In this document: positions 1 through 13,044 of the stretch, piece after piece
Position numbering within the stretch: the first letter of the stretch is position 1
Layout: every line of letters begins with the position of its first letter
Assembly (NCBI RefSeq): GCF_009834535.1
Contig: NC_045707.1
Location: forward strand, 61,196,001 to 61,260,000
Length of the DNA stretch: 64,000 bases
Source: Camelus ferus
Lineage: Eukaryota
Reading direction: 5' to 3'
The notes under the pieces: generated by a model
What the model saw: only the letters and a program-made list of their open reading frames with translations
What the model was told of the DNA's origin: nothing
The model's database searches: none
Translations under genes and position numbers: made by a program

Positions 1-789
1 GATGGGGGACAGGGAAATGGATGTACAGTTGAAAATTAACCACTCACTTGGCAGGGCTGCTGGTGTCCAAAAGAAGTAGAAGCACTTGGCCTTTAAGGCA
101 GCAAAGATAAAAACTCTAAAAGGCCAGAGTCTGACAAAAGACCTTAAAAGCCAAAGGTGGTGTTACTTGTGGACAGAGCCAATGCATTATTGTGTAATTT
201 ATTCTCCCATTAATTGTAGAGTTGAAGATGCCAAAGGGGAACGTTTAAGTGCAGATGACAAATTATAGGTGTTCAGCAGGGAAAAGAGGCCTGAATTGGC
301 TGAACTGACCTGTCTGAATACTATGCCCAGAATTATATTTAATCTAGTGGTTTTGATTTGCATGAGCGTCTGAAAATATCTCTGCTAAGCTTGGTTAAAT
401 AGTCCTTGACCTTGAGGGTCTTGTTTTATGCTCTAGATAATTACAGCAGCCAGGGGACCCACTCTGGCTTTTCCCTATCCTAGATTCTTTCTCTCAGAAT
501 GAAAGTTTTAATTAAGAAGACATTTAACATCAGGGCCTGTAGGCAGTTTCACGAAGCCTCAGGAGACCAACTTAAAAGTCACAGTTTCAGGCCAGCATGT
601 GATAAGTGCCTATCTACATTAAGTATTTGTGAACCTAGCCGAAGATATTTACAGTAATACTGAGATCCTCCAAAGCTCCATAAAATGTGCCTTTATGTTG
701 TATACTCACTTCTAAGCTCAAAGGGCTGAAATCCACCTGATTCTATAGTCTCTTACCAGTAAAATGAGAGGTCACAGAGAACACATTAA

Positions 790-990
790 GGATAATAACT
801 ACTCTTTTTGAATACCTAGTATAAGCATAATCAGGTACTGTGTGAGGTCTTTTAGATATTTAAAACGTATATAAAACTGCCCATTTTGTAGACAGTAAAA
901 CCAACGTTCAGAGAAGTCAGGTGATTTGCTCAAAATTGTAGAGCTGGTAAGTTATGGGGTCAGGATTTGGATGAAGGTCTGTCTCTCTAA
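790..990 (-). mobile_element. MIR SINE
   Basis: cccattttgtagac...cagagaagtcaggtgatttgctcaaaattgtagagctggtaag matches the reverse complement of the MIR core. Confidence 0.75.
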
Positions 991-1274
991 TGACGTTTCT
1001 GCTTTATCTAGTTATCTCTTGAGAAATTAACACATAAAATAAAGCTCTCAGGCACTACCACTGTCCTAGGAGTCTCTGAATGATGAAGAATTTGAGGTGG
1101 GTCATGTCTGGGGCTGGGGATCCGTTCATCTGGAAATTAACCAAAACCTTATGTCCTCTTCTGATATTTTAAAATATGGGGATCCCAAATTTTGAACAAT
1201 CATCCCCACTGCCTTGTCACTTACCTTAATGCAGATAACATCAGAGGGACACAAAAAATATCTCTAAGTCACAG

Positions 1275-2020
1275 AAGAACAATGTGCCAACACATATCCT
1301 GTAGATCCTATCTCCAAAATATATTCAGAGCTGGATTATTTCTTCCCATCCCCTCTACTGTCAACTGTGTTTAAGTCTTCATCATTCTTGTCTGGAAAAT
1401 TGCAATAGCTTCCTAACTGGTTTTCCTGTTCCTACTCTCATATCCCTACAGAACACTCTCCTCAAAGCACTTGGGATGGTCCCTTAAAAAGGTAAATCTG
1501 ATTATGTCACTCTTTGCTCAACATCCTCCAATGGCCCTGACAGTGCATTCAGAATAAAATCCAAACAACTTTGCATTTACTTTCAAGGTCCAGTGTTCAC
1601 TCCTGCTACCCTCCAAGCTCTCCTTTGCTCCAGGCTCTTGGTACTTGCCATACTTGTAATGCCTAAAAGGTTCTTCCCACAGCTCTTTGCCTGGCAGCCT
1701 TCTTTCGCCACTCAGGTACCAGTCCATATTGCCAGTACTGTGGAGATGACTTGCCCCCTGGCCAACCTAAGTGAAAATAATCACATCCCAACCTCCATCC
1801 ACCTGTCAGACATACAGCTCTCCTTCATGGCACTTTTTTTTTTTTCTTTAGAGCATTTGTCATCAATCACATTTCCTCCTTTATATACGTGTTTATTATC
1901 TATCTCTCTCCTCTTAGAAGTTAAAGATTTTGTCCTCACTGCTGCTGAATCCCCCAAATCTAGTAACAGGGCTGGGTCGTAATAAGCATTTAATAAATAC
2001 TCATTAATATTGAAAAGAAT
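1275..2020 (+). mobile_element. L2 LINE 3' portion (L2a-like)
   Basis: Contains typical L2 motifs tgcaatagcttcctaactgg, aaatctgattatgtcactct and ctcactgctgctgaatccccc, with the terminal taataaatactcattaatattgaa. Confidence 0.85.
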
Positions 2021-2021
2021 G

Positions 2022-2195
2022 TGGGGTTGGGAGCCATGAGACCTGTATTTAATCCTGGATCCACTACTGGTTTACAGAATATGTTGGAAAAATCAACCTT
2101 CTTTGCTCTGAGTTTGTTCCTTCCTCTATAGATTGAATTAAATGACCTCTATGACCCTAATCTAATTCTAACACGTTGATTCTAACAATGCTGTG
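2022..2195 (+). mobile_element. MIR3-like SINE
   Basis: ggagccatgagacctgtatttaatcctggatccactact is followed by an L3-like tail, gattgaattaaatgacctctatgaccc. Confidence 0.6.
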
Positions 2196-4464
2196 ACTCA
2201 TTCCACAAGCCATGGAATGGAGTTCTCTGCCTCTTCTCTTTGTAGACCTCAAAGGAATTATTCTAATATTAATAAGTGAGAAATGCTATAAGCCTAGGAC
2301 ATCCCTAGTGACAAGAAGACTTTGTTCAATGATGTTAATAATGAACTTTTTGGTGCCCTGAAAGTAAGCTTTCTACATAGAAAAAGCTAATTCAATTTTA
2401 CTTTGGTCATAGAAATTAATATTCAATTTAATAAAGTTAAAAATTCAAGAATCTAGTTCTGTTAAACTTTAATTCAATTTGAAAATCTTAATCTAGTGAA
2501 TTTTGGCAATTAATGCGATGAGGTCTTTGAATAATATTTGGTTCCATTAAAATGTAATCATTTAAATACCTTTAACCATTTTAAAATTACATTTGGTAGA
2601 TTTGAACTCTTCTAAAAGACTTTAGCTGGCTGTCAAAACTCCCTATATACTTAAGTAGTTCTTATGAATCTAAGAAGCACATTACAAATATTGCAAAGTT
2701 GAGTCTACTTGAAAGTTCTAATACTGTACATAAACTAAACAAGATTTCCATTTAAATTCACAAGTTTAAATCAATTTCTCAAATATGTATTTTAAATTGG
2801 GATAAACAGGCTGAACTATTATTCTAATAAGATCAGTTTTATAAAACATTACAAGAACAAATAATCCCAATTATGCACAACTCTCTTCATACAATACTAT
2901 TTTTTTGTTTTGATGCACAATTTTATACTTAATTTTAAATCTTCCTGAGATTAAATTAAACTGGTCAGCACTAAGGAAATGATGACATCTTGTCCATCCT
3001 TCCCCATTCTGAGATGTGTGTGTATATTTGCATGGGTGTTAGTTCACGCTAAATTCTAGGGATAATCAGTAGCACTGACAGGAATTCACATTCCAAGTGC
3101 TGTCTGTTCTCATGCGGTCAGAAAGATCTAATTGCACAGGCAGCATCAGCAAAAGCTTCAGCTATCTTCATCTCTGATCAACACCAGACCCTTTGTCTAA
3201 TTCACATAATAGAAATATTTGAAATAGTGGTTTATTAGCATAATAGATGAGAGAAATCTACTCTCATATGTGGAGTTAGAGTTGTTGGAGTTACGTGGTT
3301 TGGCTAAAACATTTGAGGCAGTCTTTAACTTCGGTGACGAGAGTAAGAATCTTGCTAACCCTCCACCTTTATCTTTAATGCATCTGTGTGGTAGAATCTG
3401 GTTTGAGTTTATCTTTTTAACAGCATAGTGGTGAGGTTGTGGGTGAGTAACTACTGCTGTTTACCAAGAGGGACCAATTTGGCTTAAGCCTCTTGGAAAC
3501 ATCTTTCCATGTAATTTTGCTATTAACTTACGGTTGCATAATAAGAGATTCCTTTTGGCAATCCTGATAGAACCCTATTATAGTTGTTATGTCATTGAAT
3601 TCATAACTGCAGGGAGGTGGTGGTTTCCTAGTCAGGACCTTTAATTTTCTACTCAGGGGAATGCACAATCCCCACATTGTTGGATTAGATGTTGGAATTC
3701 TTCAGCTTTTAACTATGTAAATGTTTTCCCCATTGAATCTTAAAGACCACTGAACTTGATGGAATCCTGTGTTTTTTATTTTATATTCATAGAATCACAA
3801 CTCATTGCTTATTAAAATAATACTGGGTTAAATTTGAGCTCTCTCTGTCTCTTTCTGGTAACTGTTGAAGCCAAAGCTCCCACGAGTCCTTCTAGTGAAG
3901 TAGAAGTGAACTGTGTGGCAAATCCCTAACAAAGCTGGCTCTGGAGGTACTTTTTATACCTAGTAGAGGTGGGTCACTGGTGTTTATGCTCCAGAGAAAT
4001 GTTTCAGAAGTGTAGGTTCCCTCACAGGGCACATGCCCAGATGTCAACTGGAGTAGGTATCTCCATTTGAAAAAAGGGAGCATGTGGAGGGGATGGGTGG
4101 GGGAAGGATGTTGAGTGGGAAAGTGGGGAGAAAACTGCTCCCTACTAGTCTTTTTCTACCATTAAGACTCCAAGGATGGGGAAGGAGAGCAGTTAAAGGT
4201 AAGTCATTTCAAATATTTCACTACCAAGGATTCTTTTAACAGAGTTTCTCTGTAGACCTACATTTGGATAGATTTTTCTCTACTGAGCAAATGTCATTAA
4301 TTACATAATAACTTATTTCCCCACTTTTATTAATCAAAGGCCTGCCTCAGATTGTTAGAAATTCTGATTAGCATACACTCAGTTGATTTGATTATTTCAT
4401 TTCCCCACTAAAGCAGAGGAAATTGGGGTGCTACTTAGGGATATTTTAATTTGCCTCTTCACAA

Positions 4465-4648
4465 ATGCGTTCTCTCAAAATCACCAAGTGTTTGAAAAGA
4501 AATACAGATTCCCAGGCCTTACACCCAACATTCTGAAATATAATCTCTTGACCTGGGATGTAGGAATCGCCTTTAATAAGCAGGGTCATCTTTCTTCAGG
4601 CAGTTCTCACTGTCCTTTGAACCACACTTTGAGAAGCATGGCACTAGA
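4465..4648. mobile_element. MER5-like hAT-Charlie DNA transposon
   Basis: aaatacagattcccaggcc...aaccacactttgagaagcatggcactaga is typical of MER5A/B. Confidence 0.7.
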
Positions 4649-5159
4649 AATTTTGAAATATTGAACGAAGCTTCTAGACCTCCCCTCTGAGCAGAATTCA
4701 GGGATCCGGTGACTTTGGGCTGGGAACTTCTGAAAGGGTGAATAATTGAAAACTCAATTCAGCTGTTCAGCCTTAGGCACTACTTCAATTGAAGCTCAAG
4801 AAGCTATGACTAAGTTGACCTTTTGTCATATCTCTCTTCCTCCCTGTTTGTTTAAGTTACCATCTTAACTGGCTCTTGAAGTCAAAGGTGCTTTGTTCTC
4901 TGCATGAATGGTTTGATTCACATCACATCAATATAGCTTCAAAGGAAGAAAAGTCTCTTACCTTTGGATAATCTCTCCCTCCCCCTGCAAATGCCACAAC
5001 CCAACTAAAGGATTTTTAAAGGTTTTCTGCTTTAAATGAATTCAGACTCTTTAAATTACTGCTCTTTTCCCCCTCCTTGAAAGAAATAAGGCCAAAAGAA
5101 ATAACACCCACTTAGAGCATTTTTCACAAAGGTAATTTCTTCCACATAATATGGTATTT

Positions 5160-5335
5160 AAGGCAGTGATTCACAAACTGGGAGCTTAAAATGCACAGCT
5201 TACCACCTCCACAGTGTCTGATTCCGGGGACGTGGGAGGGGGCCTGGGAAATTCTATTTGGATTCAATGGTTAGCCAGGTCTCTGAATCATCATTTTAAT
5301 GAATGAACCCCACAGATCACTTGCCCAAGGTTGAA
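5160..5335. mobile_element. MER5-like DNA transposon fragment
   Basis: ggcagtgattcacaaactg...tctgattccggggacgtgggaggggcctgggaaattctattt. Confidence 0.55.
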
Positions 5336-5559
5336 TGACCAAGAAGTGACAAGCTCTGACTAGGAGGACTGTGTCCTTTCTACCATCTCCTGCTGATGGA
5401 AATATAAAGGACAGGGAGTGAAGGCAGTCTGAGCCACTCGCCATGTGTTGAAACTTACATTCCTTCATTCACCTCTCTCCCTCTGCCAGCTGCATTCACT
5501 CTGCGTTTCAGCTGCACTGAATTGCTTGCAGCATTTGATCATGCATGCTTTGTTTTTGT

Positions 5560-5700
5560 CTTCTTGCTTTTGAACATATTCTTTCAGCCTGGAATTCTTG
5601 TGCCCAACTCCCCTCTCCCCACTGAACTTTGTGGCTCCATTCAAATGTCACCTGCTTATGAAGCTTCCTTAACATCTCAGGCTGAATAATCTCTCCCACC
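5560..5700 (+). mobile_element. L2 fragment
   Basis: tcagcctggaattctt...tcaaatgtcacctgcttatgaagcttcctt. Confidence 0.6.
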
Positions 5701-5879
5701 TCAAGAAGTGGCAACAACTGGATTTGAATAACAGAGGCTTTCATTTTTAGAGCCTTCCATGGAGGGAACTTTGAGCAAAAATTATAAGTACTAGCTTTCA
5801 GTGAAGCCACTGCTTCAGGTGAAAAGCATTTTAAATAAATTTGTAAATATATTAAATATAATGCTGCTACATATGCTTT

Positions 5880-6578
5880 TGTTACCGAACAAAGGCTCAT
5901 GCACCCGTGACACACAAACTCTGACAGCAGATATTTGCAGCAAAGTAAGGGTTTAATTGCAAGATGTGCCAAGCAAAGAGAATGAGCTCATGCACAAAAG
6001 ACCTGAATTCCTCCATAGCTTTCAGGCAAGAGTTTTAAAGACAGTATCAGGGGAGAGGGTCATAGGATGCGTGATCAGCTTGTTGGACCTTCTGATTGGT
6101 TAGTCAGGTAACAGGGTGATGTTTCCAGAATCTCAGCCTTCTGGTTCCAACCACTCTGGAATCTACGTGCTTGTGGTCAGCATGTAGCCACCATCCTCCT
6201 CCTGGGTGAGGGTCTTAGTTTCTACAGAATAACTCAAAGATATGCAGCAGACTGTTATCTATATCCCTTCAGTAGGAACAGGAGTCCTGCAGCTCTTGTC
6301 CTGGCCATTAACTGCTTGAGCCTGCTCTTTGGAGCTCAGTGAAGACCTTGGAGACTAAAGCCTTTTTTTCTACAAACAAGAAAAGGAGAACAGGGTGGGG
6401 CTTTTGTACCTGGGAAGGTTCCACATGATCCGAGTTGGTTTCAATTCCCCCCTTTTCTTTGATACTCCTCAATCCTGAGGGGAACAGGGTCAGGATAAGA
6501 AAGGGAATAAAGTTTTGGACAGAGACGTGTTAATCAGAAATTTGGCCGGGGAACTCAGTTTAGGTGGATTCAGTTTCA
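5880..6578 (-). mobile_element. ERV1-type solo LTR with 4-bp TSD (cttt)
   Basis: TG...CA termini with cttt at 5876-5879 and 6579-6582. ATTAAA lies on the minus strand near 5953, and there is an internal polypurine tract at 6444-6460. Confidence 0.85.
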
Positions 6579-7469
6579 CTTTATGAAGATTTTATATCTC
6601 TCCCTGCCCCCACCCCAAAAAACCACCCCTCTATGCCACTGATTGATCATCCCATTTTGTACAGTCTGAACAAAGGCAGCTTTAAGAATAGCTGCTGGGG
6701 ATGCACAGTACACTCATTTTCAAACAGTGGTGTTCATTTTTCAACCCTGTCAAGGAAATTCATCTAAAGTAATGATAAGCCTAAAGAGTTCCTACATTAG
6801 CCATTTGTCATTAGAAGCATTCTACACAATGAATAGACATTACAGGCTGTTACGCAGCTCCAGGAACACTGCTCATTGAAATTTGTTGGAAAGATGATTG
6901 AATGTTATTTAAGTAGAACTTACGTGCAATAAATAGTACATTTTCCGACTGCTGAGAAAATTGATGAAAAGGGTAATGTTCCGTTTTTGGATTCTAAACA
7001 AAAGGCAATCAATTAGTAGGACCAGTTTGAATAATGTGAAAGAAACAGTGCCTAGAAACTCTCCTGCTGAAAGATTGGACCTCAGGCTGAAATAACTGCT
7101 TTTGCATTAAAAAGATCTATAGCTTGGCATAAACACAGCACGAAAAGGTAGTTTGAATGGAACCCATTTCTGGACCCACATGCCTCCCCAGAGCTTGGTT
7201 TCTCTTGAGCCCACTTTCTTTTGTCTGCCTCACCTTTATTATGGGCTGCTTTTCAACTTCCTTCTGAGCTCATAGCTACACTCTGGCCAACCTTTAAGGT
7301 GTCCTACCCAGCAAAGATTTTTAAAGAGGGATTATTGAAGCTCAGAGAGAATTACTAACTTGTGGGACTAGCCCTCCAATGCCACAGTGTGGGGTTGTCA
7401 GTAACACTCTGCGTTTTGCTGGTAATGACGGTGAGTGAGCTTTGATGATGTTTCCTTTACATCAGAAAT

Positions 7470-7655
7470 TGGCTTTTTTTTTTTTCCTGTAAAGGTCCAA
7501 AGAGTAATTATTTTAGTAACTGTGGGCCATATGGTCTCTGTTACGACTCAACTCTGCCATAAATAGCCTGAAAGCAGCCATAGCCAACGTGGAAATGAAT
7601 GAGCATGGTTGTGTTCCAGTAAGACTGTAATTTACAAAATGGGCAGCTGGCCCCC
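7470..7655. mobile_element. MER58A-like hAT DNA transposon
   Basis: ttcctgtaaaggtccaaagagtaattatttt...gggccatatggtctctgttacgactcaactctgcc...aatgaatgagcatggttgtgttccagtaa. Confidence 0.8.
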
Positions 7656-8354
7656 ACTCTGCATCAAGGGACCAAAGTCACGGTGACAGAACAAGTCCCA
7701 CACAGAACAGTCTTCGATCATGCATATATATTTCTGAAAAGTAACTAAACTATTATCTGTTGGATGATGATTTCTAATTTCATATCACTTGCATATTATC
7801 TCTGCATCATATGTTGAGTGGCCAGTATTGAACTTGAAGCTTCCTCATTTTTCCTTTTGTGCCTTCCTCTCTTGCCTCCTGTCTCTGTCAATGTTTCCTA
7901 ACCTTTACTGTGGAATCAGATGAGATAGAGACCCCCTAGGAAATGGAACCTTTGAAATGTGCCTGTGAACCGTTGTGTAATTGCTTCACCAAAGCCAAAG
8001 GCAAGAAGACAGGCAGATTTCATTTCCAGCTAGCTTAATGGAGATCAGGTATTGGTGCCACTCAAATATTCTGGCTTTCTCCCCTTTCCCTGAGCTCCAG
8101 GATTTTTATACAGGGGAAATCAGAAGTCTTAGAAAAGAAGTCAATTAAAACAGCAAAACAAATACAACAATCTGAAACACATTGAGCCTGAAGGATGTCA
8201 GGTTGCAAGGTGACATCCACTGATTATCTGCATAATAGTTCCCTTAACTGACTTCAGTGAACAGATTTACTCCTGCATTACTGACATTTTTCCTTCTGTA
8301 AAGAGTGTACCTGATTCTCACCCCGCATGGAATGTTTGGTCTACATTTTAGTAG

Positions 8355-8632
8355 GTTACAGTGATCTGGCAAGCTTTTAAAATTCCATTTCCAAGGCTCC
8401 ACTCCAGGCCACTTAAATCAAAATCACCAAGGGTGGGACTTAGGTGATTCAAAGGTGTAGCTAAGGCAGAGGACCTCTGTTTCTAGCTACTTGAAGTGTG
8501 GTCCATGGCCAGGAACAGTGACCTGGGAGCTTAGAATGACAGACTCTGCCCCACCCCAGATCTACTGGATCTGCATTTTAACAGGAACGCTAGGTGATTC
8601 TTCTGCACATTAATGTTGAGAAGCCCTGCTCT
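8355..8632. mobile_element. Two adjacent MER5-like DNA transposon fragments
   Basis: caaggctccactccaggccacttaaatcaaaatc and aagtgtggtccatggccagg...atctgcattttaacagg...gcacattaatgttgagaagc. Confidence 0.7.
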
Positions 8633-8689
8633 GGCGAGTTCATGCACTTTTGTCACTGCCTGCTAACTAGCGTGCATACCAAGGGTCAG

Positions 8690-9224
8690 TTATGTTTGTT
8701 CTTAAATCTGCCTATCCAGCTGTAATTATGTAAACGCTATCTAACTGATGAATTACAAGTGCACAAAGAGTTGATTTCATGAAAACATAGTGAATGAATA
8801 TTTTTAAAGACAATAAATGTGAGTCTAAATTCGCCTTTCAAATAAGGTTTGAGATAAACTGGAAAAATTGGGGCGGGGTAATTTATAAAATTCCAGATTG
8901 ATTGTACAGTCATCTTGCTTCATGGTTGTCTTTAAATTGTTGTGCCAGTTTAAAAAAAACACTGAAAGGGTACATTCTGGACCCTGAGTTATGGATGTGG
9001 TTCATACAAGGAAGATTACTTGCAACTCTAATTATCGACAGATCCAACAAAAAGAAAAGTTAAAGAAAAGACCATACAGATTAACACAGATAAACAAATA
9101 TTTTAAGTTAAAATATGAAAGACTCAAAATACGTACTTTTTAGCGATGTCTCATCTTAACTGGTTTTTGATTAATTCATTAATTACTGCTCCTCTGCATC
9201 ACATTGGATAAGAGAGCTTCTACT
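8690..9224 (+). mobile_element. Ancient Tigger (TcMar) relic, Tigger15-like
   Basis: Ends in the TIR-like ttggataagagagcttctactg. Internal ttatggatgtggttcatacaaggaaga translates LWMWFIQGR, resembling the CENP-B-type HTH of Tigger transposases. Confidence 0.6.
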
Positions 9225-9689
9225 GTTAACCCTCAACTGCTGAGTCAACCAACCTGCCTACTTCTTCCTCTCTTCATGGTCCAACTGGTTTTACTCCATC
9301 AGAGTGGTTTCTGGACTTTGGGATTTCACTGACAAGGACAACTTCAGAAGTATTTTGGAGAACTCACATAAAGTTGCCTACTACATATTAGACCAATTAA
9401 GGATGAAAAAACAGCCCTATCATCTATTATCCATGATTTCAGAAAAGGAAAGAACATCAAAAAAGTTAGAAGGACACAATCTTATTATGAAAGAGAAATC
9501 TTCAAATGGCATAAAATTACCTTTAGGGAGATGAACTGATTTTGAATAATTTATCTAATAATTTACTGCGAGGTAGCAAAAAAAAAAAAACAAAAACAAA
9601 AACAAAAAACCCTCTCCAGCTCTGCTGACAATCATTTGGGAAGCTGGTTGGCTGAAGTGTACTTTTCTCCAGGGCTCTACCCTGACGCC

Positions 9690-9885
9690 CCCTCCTGACA
9701 CAGTTAACCCTGTTCTCCTTTGTGTCACAGGTTCTTACCTCACTCTGTCGTAGCTGTTAGTTATCTGTCTGTCTTCATCCCTGGACTGTGAACTGGGTCA
9801 TCCTCATTTTGTATCTCTTACACATAACACAGTACTGGACACACTGTGGTGAGGCAATGCATATTTATTGGATGAATGAATGGAG
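9690..9885 (+). mobile_element. L2 3' end
   Basis: ctggactgtgaactgg...atatttattggatgaatgaatgga. Confidence 0.7.
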
Positions 9886-10929
9886 TAGGTCTGCTTCCTA
9901 CAGATTTATGTCAAAGGGAAAATGGAACTCATTGCAACATATACGCTATTCTGCCCCTCTAAGACTCTGGTTGAACATTTTTGCTGAATTGTCAACAATA
10001 CGGTAATATAGGTCAGTAATTAAGCACCGTAGAATTGGCCATAATTTGTTGCATTTTTTGATTACTTCTCCACTGTGAATCCATTTACTGTAGTATATTT
10101 AATTAGTATTAATTTTCAGACTGAGGGAATTTCAGGATAATACAAACATATTAACTGTTTTTTATTACATTGTGTTTTCATTAAATAGTAACTTATGTAG
10201 CAGAGCTCTGTTGTTTTTTTAATACAACAAAAAGAAATTTTATTATATTGGTACCAATTAAACCAAGAGACAAAAAATTGAAAGTGTACCATAAAGTTGT
10301 TTTTTTTTTTTTTTTGGCAGAATTAATGGAGGGAATAAGAGTTGTAAAGAAATGGAAGTGCTCTTTTCTTTTGAAAATAAGATATTAAAGGAATAATCAG
10401 TATCTCAAGTTGATTCTTGGTAAAGCAATTCCCTCCGGTATTTGAAAGTTTTTAGTTATCTCTTGTCTTTTCATTAACCATCAATAACTAAGTGCCAATA
10501 ATGCATGTTCATTATAATTAATCACATGCCCTTATATTGATGTTCTACTTATAAATTTGAATTTTAAACAGCATAGGATTTTTTTTTTTTTTTGAAATAA
10601 GAAGACACAGACACACTCAGGACTGATACTCCCATGACCCTCATAATCATCTTCCTGTGATCCAATAAGAATGTAATTTGGATCATTTATTAACATTCTT
10701 ATCTTACTGATAATACTATTAGCCTATTAGCTAACAGGTTGTCCTTCATATGTGAAAATTACTCTTGTTTATTTTGGATCAAATGTAAGAGCTAGGATGT
10801 TTTTCTTCTGCAGTTTTTTCCCCCTTGAATAGAAAGAGTATCTTATTTTTTCATTTCACTTTTTGGATAACTTTGGTCTGCATAGTTGAGGACTCTGCGT
10901 GTGAGGGAAGACTTACATCATTGGCTTGA

Positions 10930-11110
10930 ATTACTGATTTATTCAGCACCCAATCACAGTGCCATACACTGCTTAACGCATAGGAGATGAAGTCAAAGGC
11001 AGAGGAGATGTCTGCTTCTGTGGAACTCACTGCTCTTCTCTGGTTTGAGTGGGAAGGTCTCTGATAGACAACAAACAAATATGAAAATAAGTAAAAGATA
11101 ATTTCTGTAA
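10930..11110 (-). mobile_element. L2 3' end
   Basis: tttattcagcacccaatcacagtgccatacactg...ctgcttctgtggaactcac is the reverse-complement L2 tail. Confidence 0.6.
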
Positions 11111-13044
11111 CTACAGGCTGTGATTAGTCCTGAGAAGGAAAGAGAAACCTATAGAAGGCAGAGCTCTGCATTGACTTTAGTGCAAATCTTTCCCGACACT
11201 GAGCACCCCAGGGCAAGGTCAGGATCTGGGGTCCCCACTGCTGCCTCTAAGACACTGGAAAAGCAGCATGTCCCTGTTCATCTGGTTGCTACAGCTCAGA
11301 GAGATGTCCAGAAGGCAAGCTGAACTTTCAAAATGTTCTTTCTTTGTCACCTGCTTCAAGAAGCAGATTTGAATTTTCTAAGCCATTCACTATCTCTTGA
11401 ACCTTTTCCCAATAATTGTTTCAAATGGCCCAAGGGTAAAGTTTCTGTCAATGTTCTTACTACAGCCATAACAGTGCTCAACTGTCACCTTAAAGATTGT
11501 ATATGCTACAAAGTTTAATGGGAAAATGTGCCACTTCGATGAAACCAAAGAAACATGAAAATGGGATCTAGAAAATTACACTGTTACTATGGTGATGGCA
11601 TCTCTTTGGCAATTGAAGAGAATCATTTAATAAAGTTATAAAACCCCAGTAAATATTGGACAGCTTTATGGAAATGTAATAACTGATGTCATATATCAAA
11701 AAGCACTAAAACCCATTTTGCATTTATGGCTCACAGCAAAATCATAATGCGGATGAGGACTAAATGACCTATAAATGTTAAACACATAGTTAAGCACGGG
11801 GTATGTCAGCCAGTCTCTGTGGTTTTTCTGGGTAATATGTTCAAGTTAAATGCAATCGTGAGGGGAAACATTTGCATTTTTCTAAGCCTGTGTATATTTC
11901 GGTGCCTTTTCTGAGTCAGAAAGGTAGAACAAAAATCATATCTGTTTGCTTGCAGATGATCAGGGAAGATATCAGGAGAAATAAGCAAGCCTGTGTCCTT
12001 GAATATGAATTTAACAAAGTAAATGCTGATAACATTGTTATCCTGGTACTGCTACTGCTCAGCCTTATCCAAAATGTGACCGCGTTTTGGGTCATATGCA
12101 TGTTCTCTGGTTTGCATTGACTTTATTCCCAATACAGAGCTATTGTTTGTATTTTTCTAGAAGCTGAGCTCAAAAACGTTTTGAATGATGCATCCTGGGA
12201 TAGAAAAACTTTTCAGTTTGTAGAGAGCATTTTATCCTGTAAATAAATAGGTTTCTCCCCAGCAGCTCATCGAGATTTCGTGCAAAAGGAAACTAAAAGG
12301 AAGAGGGTCTTCCTAAGGCACAAAGAGGAGGCATTTCCAGCTAAGAAACTGAAGGCGCATGTGCATGGTTTTTACTGTGTCATTCAGCTAATTTCTCTGG
12401 GATGATCAGGGGACGATACACTGCTTGTTCCTAAGATGGTCGAACAACCAAGTGAAACAGTCCTTCAAGTATCACATTCTCAAAATGCAGAACCACAGAA
12501 CTGATTGATGGTTTTCATTGAGTCAGCCAATGAGCTAAAGCACAGCCATCAATCTGGGAACTGCATAGTCCAACCTTGGGAACTAGTTTTATTTTTCATG
12601 ATTCATCCTCCTAGGTTTGGTACCAGTACGTCACAAGTGGCTTTGAAGGTTTCCATGCTCTTTCTTTGGTTCTGAAGCTTCAGGGGTTCTCAGTTGCTCT
12701 GGCTTTGATTTCTCAAAATAGTTCTCAGTTCTCTGGCTTCTCCTCTCTCCAGCTCTCCAGGGATATCGCTCAGTGCATACCCCTAGACTCCTTCTAGGAC
12801 TCTCTTCGAGTCTGTACTTGCTTAACAGGACCAATTCTTGCACAGAAGAATTGAGAGCAGGGTCCTTGAAGAGCATTCTTAGGCAAAGTTGTTGGTTTGG
12901 CAGGGGATGAATAAAGACAAGGGACTATAATGAAATCAAATGTAGAATGTTCTGGGTAAGTGTTTCACCTTCCTGTTACAATGTAAAATTTGAAGAGAGG
13001 TGGATGAGGATGAGACCATACAAATAGAGTGAGAACCGGACTGC

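Noticed and set aside
4955..5100. Minus-strand coding exon (acceptor ~5077, donor AAG|GTAAGA ~4961)
   Set aside because: All three frames contain stops, and it is opposite to the inferred transcription direction.
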